The position numbers and the translations under genes are program-made. The notes under the pieces were generated by a model. It did not search any database. It saw only the letters and a program-made list of their open reading frames with translations, and was not told the origin of the DNA. Shown here piece after piece: positions 26,008 through 38,265 of a DNA stretch of 64,000 bases. How positions within the stretch are numbered: position 1 is the first letter of the stretch; each line of letters begins with the position of its first letter. The stretch comes from Acanthaster planci (lineage: Eukaryota), in assembly GCF_001949145.1 (NCBI RefSeq), contig NW_019091362.1, positions 1,371,838 through 1,435,837 of the forward strand. The letters run 5' to 3'.

Positions 26008-28130
26008 AATGTACTTTGTGGGACAATCTGAATGGTCAACTACATGTAGCAATGAATTAATGCTCCTCAGCACTGCCATAAAATGTACCTGTACCCTACA
26101 GTTTAGCAGGTCCATATTGCATACACGTACAAAAGTGAATCTACGCGGTGCATGCATTTAGCAAGTACATGAAGAAAACGTACATGTACATGTACAATAT
26201 CACACATCTTCACTATGATACACTTTTGAAAATTTTACAATGCTATTCCATGACTGTTTAATTTTTTGTTTTCATTTCGTTTTTTTTGCTTGTTTTCTTT
26301 TCGTTTTTTTTATGTTTAACCCTGAACAAATAATTTTATGATTATTTTTAAGTACCTTTGACCTTTTGTAAATATTGGTCGAAGTTTTCAACAGGTACAT
26401 ATGTTTATGAATTTCCGTATTCCATGATAAGCTGGTGGCAGCAAACACACCGCATTGTTTCTGCCAGTACTGGGTATGCGCGTGTACTTCTGAGCATGCC
26501 TACATACATGTACCGGTACTTCTGAGCATGTGCACAACTGTAGACAGGGGCCGTTATGTCTGCTGCCACCAGGGTCTCAAAGACTCCCATGCACAGTCTT
26601 AACGTATCGGTACAGTGCCCGGATAACATTACATATTGCGCATTGTAGACATATGAATATTTTATCAGTAACTGTATCAATGTGCATTCATGCATTCATG
26701 CATGTATTTCAAGTTTCCCCGTGCACTTTAACAGGTTCTTCCAACAGATGCAGTACACACGATACATGTAATGGTCATGTATGAGCACACAGCCTCAATA
26801 AACAAGTTGAATAAGATAAAGAATGTCAGGAGATAAAATCCTTGATTGGCAGATTCTCCTTGTCTTACATATCAATATCCATCTACATGTACATGTATGG
26901 AAATGCCTTTTAGACAAAAAAAATACAAACACAGAAAACCTAGTCAAAATACATTAAAGAAATTTTGCTCTGAGCTTGGAGTGTTTTGTAGCTTACAATG
27001 ACGATGTATGACATTTACATGAAGGTCTTTGACGGTGCTAGCTAGAGAGCTCCAGCGTAAAGCACATCGTAGCGGTACCAGGAGTTTTCCCACTAAAGGT
27101 TCTAAACTGCAATACAATCTATATGTACATGGAGTTCCCACAAGAAACATTGCAATGATGAGTGTATGTAAATGCATGTTCCCACAGCCACGAATCAAGT
27201 ACATGTGGGTCATTCTACATGCAAAAACTTTGGGGTCCATTTTCCTGTTCCTGTTACATCTGGCATTTGATTTTAAATCTTTAGAACTTATTGTTTAATT
27301 TCCAAGACTGCATAAGTACTGCAAATTACTGGTCAAACTACAATAATTTGAAATCAATTTCAGTGATACATCCCTTGTCAAACTTGTCAGATGGTTGTCA
27401 GAGCTAACAGGGACAGAAAAATATCACACTTTGGACCCCAAATTTATAGAATGACCTACATGTAGATGTAACTCTTTACAATAGAAAGCTAGCCATACTC
27501 TACATGTACTATGCAGCTCTAGGGAAATTTTACACTAAACACTCTATAGATGTACATGATTTCCCGCACTGTACCGGTAGTTGTGGGGACGTACATGGAC
27601 ACTCGATATTTCACCTATTTTGTGTGGACTGCAAATGTTGTGGGGACTCAGAAATGTGCCCACAACTCGGTTCAAATTTTGCTAACAAAAGAACTTGTCC
27701 CCTGAATGCAATGAATGCCTACCCTGACCTCCCGGTACATGTATGGTACATTTACTTGCTGCTAATAGTGTACATGTAATCCCACACAGTCAAACAAGGC
27801 TTGCTTTAAATGTCAGTATTAATACATGTGTGGTCACAAATAAACTACCAAAACAAACATGAACCAGGCATGAGTTCCCAAGCAAAGTGTCCACTAATTC
27901 AACGTCAACATGTTCACAAGCTGGTCACAGAAATTCACAATTTTTTCTGAACTATAGTACATGTATAATGCAAGCATAGCGATACATGTCTGCCAAAACC
28001 AGGCAGCTGCAACATCACAGTCTCAGCACATCGACCTGATGAAGGTGCATCACACCAGCAGCTCTGGCCACATCTACAGGTACCGGAATCATAAGACTTT
28101 TTTCAATTTGCGAATCAGCAAAATGTTTAC

Positions 28131-28200
28131 CTTGAGCGGCATCTGCCCCTTCCTCCACTTTCTTGCTCCCTTTCCGAAATTTCTTGGCCAAGAAACTCAT
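28131..28200 (-). CDS. Candidate alternative first coding exon of PLC (MSFLAKKFRKGSKKVEEGADAAQ)
   Basis: Coding-like, purine-rich exon. Acceptor ttctaacag at 28242-28243, ATG at 28200, strong donor CAAG|gtaaac. Phase 1 joins in frame to exon 17555-17707 (V-NPVLQHM). Confidence 0.6.
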
Positions 28201-29216
28201 CTCCTTGTCAGACTTCGCTCCTTCCCGGTAATATCCTCTCACTGTTAGAACAGACATGGGATTATCAATTTCAAAAGTTGGACAATTTGTAGAGTCTACA
28301 AATTATTGACGTGCCCAGTTCGCATGCAACAAGACATAAAACGATGACTGCAAGTGGTGTGCTCAACTGTAAGCAGAATTCCTGAATATTAGCAAACATC
28401 AAATGGGTACAAAAATAAACATTATTTCTTGTCAATCTGCGCTTGAAAATTACAACGCAAGGTTTGTCCAAAAGGAGGCAAGACAAAATAAAACTCACAT
28501 TTCTTGGAGATGGGAAAATAAAAATTACATGTACATGTAGTCTGTAGGGTAGTGAGAGAAGTGCTATTTAGCACAGGTGTACATACATGTACATGTACAT
28601 GTACACTACCAACCCAAATACACACCCTAACCACAGACTTCTGCCCCTCAGTCAACGCAACTAACGATTAACCCTGCCCCCACAGTCACCCTCAACAACG
28701 TTCCACACCATCCAGCCACTCAAGTAACCTGTGCACTCAGAGGAATAAACACACAAATCACACCCTTCCCGTTGGCTGTCATCCACTTTACAACCAGTAG
28801 GAGCTAGTAGGAGCTAGAAACGCGTTTCGAAAAGGGGAGAAAAAAAGGAAACCTTTATTTGTGGCCGGAGCAGTCAAGGACACTTCTTGATTGAAAACAC
28901 TATGCCATTCATAAATTGCAGGACAATCTCCTACCCACAACTTAATTGCCACTATTGACAAGCTAATGATAAAAGGCAGAATGACTTTTATGATGCTTGC
29001 CCGGTCAACTATACATTTCCAGGGTAACTTTTATCACAATGTACACATTGATGTCACTCGATAATTTGTTTGGTTTAAAGGGATACTAAAACAGTTCTGT
29101 AGGATTGTCCATTGAGTTTCAGTCGATGGTAATGTGAGTTTTTTACTCACATCAAAGGCTTCAACAACTCTACACATAATATATGAAGTATTCTGGAGGC
29201 AAAGTGAAACTAAGAA

Positions 29217-29757
29217 TTAGCTGTTCCCAATCTCAATTGGGAACAACTTTTGTAAACGTTAAATTTTTTTCCTTTTCTTTATCCACTTTTTTTTCTGCAA
29301 GGCACTTTGGCAATTATTTTAAGTCTGATCGATTTCAAACTTGGTATAGTAATTAACCATCATCAAAAGATGTGCCGCGAAACTTTTTGTAATCGTGACG
29401 TCATTAGGGGTCACATGACCTCCATTCAAATGTTCATTCTTTACAGTCTAATAAGTAGTAAACTATTTGACTGATTTTACTCAAATTTGGTATGCACATA
29501 GTCAGGGACGTGTTACAGATGAAAATTGATAACTTGACCTCATGTGACCTCTACTTCCGGTTTGAACGGAAGTTGTATTTTAACACACACATCGTCATAT
29601 CTCATGAACTATACGTTCAATTGCAGTGATAATTTGTTTTTCAGTTATTTGTAATCCAATTAATTGCAAACTTATGATACTTGTTGACAGTCATCAAAAG
29701 AAATAAAACACATTTTGGGAACAGCTATGTGTTTGTTCACAAACACATTTTCTCTAG
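29217..29757 (+). mobile_element. Non-autonomous Helentron/HINE (DINE-1-like) element
   Basis: 5' subterminal repeat TAGCTGTTCCCAA (29218-29230) with an adjacent inverted copy TTGGGAACAACT; 3' subTIR TTGGGAACAGCTA (29715-29727); 3' stem-loop ATGTGTTTG-TTCA-CAAACACAT; ends CTAG in a T-run. Confidence 0.75.
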
Positions 29758-30165
29758 TTTCAATTAAAAGTTGACTTTACCTACATGTACTTGAAATAAA
29801 TTTAATCCTTACAAAAACATTAGCTTTTAGAGAAAAATACAAACTGAAGGAATTATCAAATTTTCATTCAATATACATGTACATGTACACATCACTTGGA
29901 AATGGTTGCCTTCTAAAGTTCTGAATCTCTCCAACACAGGTAACAGGTAAACAAAACTCTATCTGAAGTCTATTTTCCTGGTTTCAGTTTCCAATGGGGA
30001 AATAATATAAGTTATACTTTACTTGAGTAATCTGATTACATGCACACAGTAATTGCTCCTTCGCTGTAATGCACGCAGCTCTAAAGGTGTTTTGATTTTC
30101 AAACTTATGATTATTATTTGATTATCAACCTTAAATCTATGTGACTAGCTTTTATTAGTAATTGT

Positions 30166-30440
30166 CAGGGGTGTTGCAGGGGGGCAAGTGAGACAATGGG
30201 GGCAGTTACATTGCATCCCCCACCCCATCAAAAAATAAATAAAAAATAAAATATAAAACAGGAAGGAAACAGAGAGAAAAAACCTGTAAATCAGAAAAGA
30301 GGAAAGTGGATAAAAAAACACCAATTTGCTTGAAAATACCTCCCAATTAACCCCTTAAATCATTCATGACTTTTTATTTTGTTTGCTGCCAGTGCAATTG
30401 TTTTCCTCCCCCCCCGAATAAAAATCTGGTAACGCCCATG
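30166..30440. mobile_element. Degenerate MITE (CAGGGGTGTT...AACGCCCATG ends)
   Basis: Imperfect TIRs CAGGGGTGTTGCAG / CTGGTAACGCCCATG with G-rich and C-rich subterminal tracts. Confidence 0.45.
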
Positions 30441-30822
30441 ACAAGTGTTGTGATTTATATGTACATCTACAACATTTATTTGGGCCTGAGTACCTGAACT
30501 ACACGAATATGTACCGGTAAGTACTTAAAGTTGATGTTTCTTTTTTCGTCAGTTCCAAACCAAGTTGTCCGTACACTGTGAATTTGGGTTTAACAACCCA
30601 AGTACTGGTGCGTGTACACAGTGACTCACGGTCTACATGTACAGACTTGTGATTTGGCTTAAGTTGTGAAAAGCTTCACAGTGCCACCATGTCAAAATAC
30701 TGATGTGGTCAATTCAAGCGTAACAGACATGACATTCAGATAGTTTCTTGTAATTCAAATCATCGCACAGTAGAATTGGCAGAACTCTCCAAACCATCTT
30801 TATTGAGTTTATTAGACACATT

Positions 30823-31064
30823 CATGGGCAGAAATCCCGGGGCGGACCAGGGGGACACATCCTCCCCATGAATGTGGTACAGGGGGGGACACAATGTCGA
30901 ATGTCCCTCCGCATTTCAAGCAAAACAAAATACTAAAGGAATTGATGGATGGAGGATTTTCCCTTTTGAGTTTTTATAATTGGAATAAGATAATAAACAT
31001 GGTGTGCACAAAAAAAACGTAAATGGATGTCCCCTCCACCATCAAGGAGAGATTTCCGCCCATG
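30823..31064. mobile_element. hAT-like MITE
   Basis: TIRs CATGGGCAGAAATC / GATTTCCGCCCATG flanked by an 8-bp target-site duplication GACACATT / GACATATT (one mismatch). Confidence 0.75.
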
Positions 31065-31925
31065 GACATATTTAACTTCCGGTATCAGTGACAAACACAT
31101 TGGGTTTCACACAGTTTTATTGAATGGTTGTAGAGAAAATGCACTCACTGTGAGAGTAATGGACATGACATGAAATGGACAAGGCATTTTGACCTACATG
31201 TACTGTTAATTATGAAAATTCCTGTGAGTTTTTGGATAGAATGCACTTGGTTTTGGTGTTAATAAAACCCGAAGGTCATGCTTTAATCATAAAGTCATCT
31301 CATTGAACAGTTTTTCATTGCATTCTTTTTCGACAGTTCAAAATGTAGCGCGACGGACATGACACATTTAGCATAACGGACATGACAGTTTTGTCCACTT
31401 TTTATAAGGTATGGAAAATATTTCTTTGTTTTCAAAGTAAGGTTAAAAGATACACGTAGGAACACACATACAGAATACTGTGACTGGTATTCTTTTTGTA
31501 CTTTCAGAGGGGCTGTTTTTTTCAATATTTACAAAATAAAAAAATTAGCAAACTTGCTTCTGCACCAGCTAGCTATAGTAGCTACATGACTAAAAAGTAG
31601 GCCTTGTGACTTAGAGTTCTCGAAGTCGAAGTACATGTAGGCCTACAGTTTCTCAGACCATCGTTGTCTTATTGCTTAGTCAGTACACAAGCATGACAAG
31701 GTACACCCTAGGCCACACCATATCGCGAACTGTACCAACAGCTAGCTGAGAAAGTCGACACATCTCAACCCGGAGACCATCATGACCATCTTTCGAGTGC
31801 CGGGATGATGACGAGGACAGAGATGTGACGGTCACAACCAACATACCCAGGCCAAGGTCTTAGGAGATCCCTCCTACATCATGTTCACAGGTTAGAGTAA
31901 AAATACTTTATGAAACGCCACATAC

Positions 31926-32269
31926 CTTAACGAACGATGCACCTCAAGCCGAAGAATGTAAAAGACAAGTCACCATGGTCACACTTCAACAGAGTTAAAA
32001 TTGAATTCACCGGCTAAACTTCAGTTTATATATTTAGGTAGGCTCTGGCCTCCTACCGCTCAGATGAGTCTCCAAACGGCTCTGCGTGCATGAAGTATCG
32101 CACTAGCGCCCTCTTGTGTCGAGTAAAACTTTTTGGCATGAATCGCGAATTAACGAACAACGTACATAAATAAAGGCAAAACCGGACGCGACCAGGAGGC
32201 TGAACATGCTTGGGTGATTTGTTTTTCCCGTCTAACGTTAGCTGCCGCGAGGATAATAAGCTGCAATAG
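31926..32269. promoter_or_regulatory. Probable bidirectional promoter and non-coding first exons of PLC (minus) and CNTD1 (plus)
   Basis: Locally CpG-rich. Outward-facing donors: AAG|gtatgt on the minus strand (31924-31925) and TAG|gtaaca on the plus strand (32270-32271). CTCF-like motif at 32101-32120 and a TCGCGA palindrome near 32143. Confidence 0.55.
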
Positions 32270-32636
32270 GTAACACACTTTTCTAACTGTTTTCTTCTTG
32301 CAACTTGACAGACTTAATTGGATTCGAACAGTGATACGGGACTGAGCATGCTGAGGAACGTTCGCTACAGTAGGACTACAGGCCTGGACGTTGACAACAG
32401 AACTTTACTTTACAACTTACAATACATCCTCATATTAAAAGATCATCTTGGCTTTAACTTCAGTTGTAAATCACTTTATATAGTTTCAGAAGACAAAAAT
32501 CTGAAGGCATTGAGTCAATGAAAGTTTCCTGTAAAATTGATTAGCCTATTTTTTTAGAAAGAAGTTAATTTTACTTCAAAATATGCTTCACATTCAATCC
32601 ATTTTACTTCAAAATCCTTTTTTTTCCAGTTACAAA

Positions 32637-35600
32637 ATGGTTGACAGTGCAATCTTTGGCACTCCACCAGAACCAGTCTTCAATCTGAAGGGCTGTTGTC
32701 TGTCTTCTGAACTCCTGGAAGAGTTGCTGTATGTACAAGCTGCTCACAATGAGAAGGCAGTCAAAAATTCTGGCAGTGCGGATGGTGCTTTCAAACAAGG
32801 GTCCATAGCAGGTAGCCCAGGCCCTAGCTGAATGTTCAGAATGGAAAATCACAATTATTGAGGGTCAATCACAGACAATACCAGGTGTAACGAGGGGCAT
32901 CTGTTAATTTAAGGGGATTTTAGTGAGGAAAGCCCACTGAATACTGTGGAAACAGGTTTGAAAAGTAGGGTCAAGTTTTTATGTGTTAGGCCTATAAGTG
33001 TTTATGTCATTCAGAAAGTTGTGGTCCAGTATGGAAATCTTTCCAGAAAACATGCATTAAAAGAATGCAATAACTCCAGACAGTTTTTGGAAAAATGTTT
33101 TGGTAAATTTAATGTATAAAAAAAGAAAGTCATTGTTGCAAAAAGTCAATAAGGTTAAATAAAATTGTATGACGACATACTTTACTAGACATTGCTTGCC
33201 TTAAATTTGTCATATTTCCATCTTTTGCAGAAATGATGTTCCTTGTGTGTGATAAGTTTAATCAACCCCCAGAGGCCCGCTATTTAGCCTTGGAGATCTT
33301 TGACAGGTACAAAGTTCCTCATGCTGCTCTCAGTCTGCTTTCTTTGTTAACCTTGACTTCCTAAACTGTCATTGGGTAGATTGAAATTGGAAAATTGAAG
33401 CTCTGAGTACATGTGCTGATGTACAATATATATTTAAACAGAAGTAACTACATGTACCATAATTGAACCTTTTTGAGCAAATTCAGCTGTAATGTGGAAA
33501 TTAGGCAACAAAATAAACAAGGGATATAGTTGTTCAAGTTTGAAATAAGAGAGGATGGTCTTCTTTCTCCCCAGGTTTCTTGACTCTTTGATCGTCGGTG
33601 TTTATAACAAAAAAAATCATCATTACAAACAGGCTTTGGACTTATGTGTATACAGGATATTCATGTGGCAAAATTATACTTTAAAAATTTTAAAAAAAGG
33701 CAGGTTGGACAAGAATCTGGTTTATTAATTTCATTGGTCTAAATATGATATCATGTTGTTGAATATAAACACTGACGAGGCATTTAATGGCGTTCATTTT
33801 ATCTTTAGAAACTTTCAACTTGGGTAAAACCGTGTTCAGCTGTCATGTCATATCCCTTGATAAGATGCATAGTATCTACCTAATCCCTGTCCATTCAGAT
33901 TCATGACCAAGTATGCCCGTGACCAGCTCAAAAAGGCCCACTCAGGCAGAGGGGGTTACCAGAAGAAAGCTGCTACCTGGAATTCTTTCCTGCGGAAAAT
34001 ACAGAAACACCTCAAGCTATACATCACGTCCTGCGTGCAGATAGCCAGCAAGATGTGCTCTCATTACAAAGTAGGTCCAGTGAAAAAGCTAGCCTGAGCT
34101 CTGGTATAAACACATGCTTCTTCCCCCTCTTAAACCAGATATCCTTTCTTAATAAGCTTATATATTCCATTTTAGCCAGCTCCCCAACTTCTGGCCGAAA
34201 CGTGAAAGTTATGAATGGTATGCATGGAAACAACTGAAATAAGTGTTTGTTTTTAATAGTCTATAATTGTGCATTTGAGAATCAGCAAGTTCGCCAAATC
34301 AGATCATTTCTCCTCCAGTCGCAGGCTGTGGGCAGTGATGTCCATATAACAGTTCTTTAGTACAACATGGTCTCGAACTTGAGTTTGCCAAAGAAAACGT
34401 GAAGACTTTAAAAATTCATCTAAATCTAAAGATGAAAGTTGCCGCAGGTTGTGTTGCAAACCTTTAAAGATCAAATCTCTTTATTGTCACAATCACAAGA
34501 GCTACAGCGAAAATGACGCCACAGAGCCATTTTCTGTGAGCTGTGGAATCAAGATTTCAACCTAAATGTTTGCACATATGGTGGTTAAGCCGGCCATAAA
34601 TTCTGTAGTCCATCTACCTCCTTCCCTCGTGTATTTCACCACAGATCATCCCTAAATAAGACTGGTTCAAAATCTGTTAAATTCTTTCCGAAACCTTCTC
34701 TTCTCTCGTAGATTTTGACAAATCGGAAATGCAGCAGGTTTCTCCTGGATGCTGGGCTGGGCTGTACCTCGGCAACCATCCTGAGGACAGAGCTGACCAT
34801 CCTGGAGACACTGGACTATCACGTCTATGCAACCTCACCGCTCACATACATCGAAACTCTCCTGGAGATCATGGGTAGGTGTTAAATTCCCTGGGGGTTG
34901 GAGGAAGAGAGTGAGAGAAGTAGACATTCCAGTAAGCAAGAGACTGTTGAAAGTCCTGCCCACCTGATGTCATAGAATTAGGAGAGGGATGTCAAAGTTG
35001 AATGGAGAAAGTGTTTGCAGAAATCTGGCCAAAGCACCACAATATATTTCTTGTGACTCTGAAAAAAGTTCAGTCGGGAAAGTTGGCAATTTTACCCGTT
35101 ATTTTTGGGAGCTAAAAATAAAGATCCGTTTTATAAACTTTTAATAAGAAAATAGAACTGCACTGTGAATATCAACGTTATCACAGTGCTGTTTATTCTT
35201 TGATTTAAAAGTTAGCAATTTATTACATTTGTGTAAGATGAGATAGAAAGTGGTCATAAATTTTCAGAAAATATATGAAACCATATTTGTTTCTCATTGT
35301 TTTTTGTGGGAGTTACTTGCTTGGGGCAGGCATCCAGACAAATAAGAATGTTGTAAGTGGCCTGACAGGATGGACGTATTAAAACCCTGGTGGAAATACT
35401 GCTAATGTACAAAAAATACAAGAAGACTTTCTTCTGTTGACAGTTCATGACTTCTGTAATTTCTCCCAGGGCACAATGACAAAAGCACCAGCATGAAAAT
35501 CCTACACGAGACCAGTATGAAAGTGATGGACCTAGCTTACTTGCGACGCAGCGCAGTGTATGACGAACTCTTCAGGGTGGCTACAGGTGGAATGACTGGT

Positions 35601-38265
35601 TCTGCCAAGGACAGGTATACAATGCAACAATACTGTAGAGTTTCTAGAGTCTGCTTTGTAAAATAAAAACTGCAGACTGAGTTGCTGACAGAGAAAGGAT
35701 CTCGCAAAATGGGTCTTAAGAGACTTCAATCCATTTGACAGTTTTGCGTATGTATTAGAGAGCCCTTTATGTTGATATATTGCTCAGTTTGAAGTGATGA
35801 CTACAGGCATTACACAGGTTGGAAATGTTTAATTAGTTTCCATCGTGGAATATTTAAGATTTTAGAATCCAAGAAATTCCTGTGGTGACTTCAAATTTAT
35901 TTTTTTGGGCTGGGTCACAACTGGCTTTCATTGAATAATGATTGAAACCAAGAAGCAAGTTTTCTTGATACTTGAAATGCAACATGGGCCATTCCACAAA
36001 GTTGAGGAACATGGTGACATTTCAACATTTTATAGATGGGGTATGGGGGCCACTGAGTGAAACCCTGTTGCTTTCCATGTTGCTTCGGACTCATCTTTTG
36101 GTTCTCAAATGTTCCAGTGCATTTTGAAATTTTGGTCTGATATTTTAAGGACAAACTGTTCGTGCATGTAACAGGGACACCACATTATTTCTATCAAGTT
36201 TGGTTAAAGCTGTATTTTTTGGCATCACATTCCCCAAAGTAACTAGCTTGGAGCCAAGCTTAACACTCCTGACCTGAATTGTGATAACAGTCATTCTATG
36301 AAATCCGTCAATTACGACCAAATTCACAAACGTGACGTTAGGTGTCAACTGACAGATCTTTTTTGGAATGTCATTAAGACCTCATCCCTAGTGCTAGGAA
36401 TCTTGGGTTGTGTTCTCAGCTGTTCATTTGGGAGGAAATTGACCTCACAAAATTGAAGTTCAGCCAAACTTGACAAAATGATGTGATGTCCCTGTTACAT
36501 CTGCAACCAGTTTCTTTTTAAAATATTATGCTGATTGATTTCAAAACGACCCAATACATTCCAGTTTGACTGCAATAGTCACATTCAATGTTGTACTACA
36601 TTTGAGTTTTATCTGAGTGACCCTTCACATCTCAACTGAAAAAAATTTCCAAATGTCATAAAATAGTCCTCAACTTTGTGGAATGGCCCAAATACTTGAA
36701 AGGCACTCTCTTGTCAAACAAGATAGGACAATTACCACCACACAAGATTTGACGGCAGCAAGGGTCCCACTAAAACAACAGTAAAGTTACTGGATGGCAG
36801 TGATTGAATAGTTCTCCAAAGGCATCTTGATTGAAGGGATAATATCTTGAAGCTGTTCAAGGCATGATTTGGACTTAAGGCGTTAAACAAAAATCCCAAA
36901 TGACAAACAATCTCGGTATTCACTCTTTGCATGCTGCTGCCATAGGCATGCAGAGCCTCGAACCGGCAGCTTGTACAACCACGTCAGAATCGCTTTGTCC
37001 AATCACATGGTGTAAGAACTAACACAGCTCTCGCAAAATCACATAAGTGACATACACAGGAATTGCCAAATCGGCTATATTTACATGTATTGTGTAAAGC
37101 TGCTGGATCCAGGATCTGTATGCCTGTGGTGGCAGCGTGCAAAGAATGAACAGTGCCAATTTTCTTCTCGTCCAGGGAAAGTTTTGCCATGGTTGAGCAC
37201 GACATAATGCTGTTTGCAGTGGCAGTGATCGGTGCAGCATCCTACGTGATTGACAAGACCACAAGTGATCAGGTATTAAAATCCATCAGTAGTACTTATT
37301 GACAAGAGTTCCAGATCCGCACACCAATTGACATGCTGTGCACAAACCCTACGAGACTGGCCTGAAAAATTTGGAGTGTTTTCAAGAAAATTCTCTGTTT
37401 TCCTGATTAAATTAGACTTTTTAGGACATAATATCACTTTCCGATGGCGAATAAAACCACAGTGGAAAATCAGTGATGTCTGTAACATGGAACTCTTACC
37501 AAAACATGATTATTCTTACAGGAACTTTATCTGGACCAAAATTCATGGTCCTGAGAAGCACTTACAATTTGTGGCTTTCTAGGTAAAAGTTTTCAAAGAA
37601 ACCTATTCAAGCATCAGCAGAGGTGGATGAAAAACCTCTTGATGGCCCTTTATCTTCTAGTCAAGGGTACCAGCCATAATCTTGTCCAGATAAGTCTAAA
37701 TATGTCCTATTAGGGCCTAAAATTAGCCCAAACTTCCAAGTGAAAAATGCCTGAAATGAGACTTCCTGAAAACTGGCACTTACCAGTGACCCTTTCTTGT
37801 GTTTTTCTCAAATCGAGATGGCTATGAAAACACAGTTTTTTAGTTACCAGAGTTACCAGAGATCATATACTTTCTACCTTTTCAAAAAGTGTGACCTTAA
37901 AAATTGGCATTGTCTAAGGCTTCGGGTAATCACAGATGTGCATGAACAGTTTAAAAAAAACCAGCCAACAACAGTTCCTCTGTCCATGGATCACAGAATA
38001 GGGTTAGAGTATATAGAATCCCAGTTTCCAGGTGCTATTGCCGAGCATATTTCAAGACTACTTTGGGTGTCTTCTTTACCTGCTGTCAACTTAAATATTT
38101 AGAGATGGAAAGTACTTCTAAAGACTTCTACTGTTTCGTTGTATTTTTCTCTGTTTTTAGGTGATTGATCATCTAAGCCGCATCACATGCATCCCTACTG
38201 ACGACATACTGGAGTTTGCTACCGTCCTCGTCCAGATCACTCTCCAGTTAGACCGTCATCAGTGA
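32637..38265 (+). CDS. CNTD1: Cyclin N-terminal domain-containing protein 1 (CNTD1/COSA-1), meiotic crossover factor, 310 aa
   Basis: Phase-consistent GT-AG exons 32637-32811, 33231-33306 (ARYLALEIFDR), 33899-34070 (SCVQIASK), 34712-34874 (ELTILETLDY...SPLTYIETLLEIMG), 35470-35614 (MDLAYLRRSAVY), 37176-37272 (DIMLFAVAVIGAA), 38161-38265 (HLSRITCIPTDDILEFA...stop); total 933 nt. Motifs match the CNTD1 cyclin fold. Confidence 0.92.
35985..36690. mobile_element. Non-autonomous DNA transposon with a second inverted-repeat element (36166-36500) inside it
   Basis: Perfect 24-bp TIR TGGGCCATTCCACAAAGTTGAGGA / TCCTCAACTTTGTGGAATGGCCCA. Inner IR ATGTAACAGGGACACCACATTATTTCTATCAAGTTTGG / CCAAACTTGACAAAATGATGTGATGTCCCTGTTACAT. 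Confidence 0.8.

Noticed and set aside
20849..27779. Numerous 60-170 aa ORFs rich in MYMY/HVHV/TCTC
   Set aside because: Products of stop-free TACATG repeats and N-gaps, not genes.
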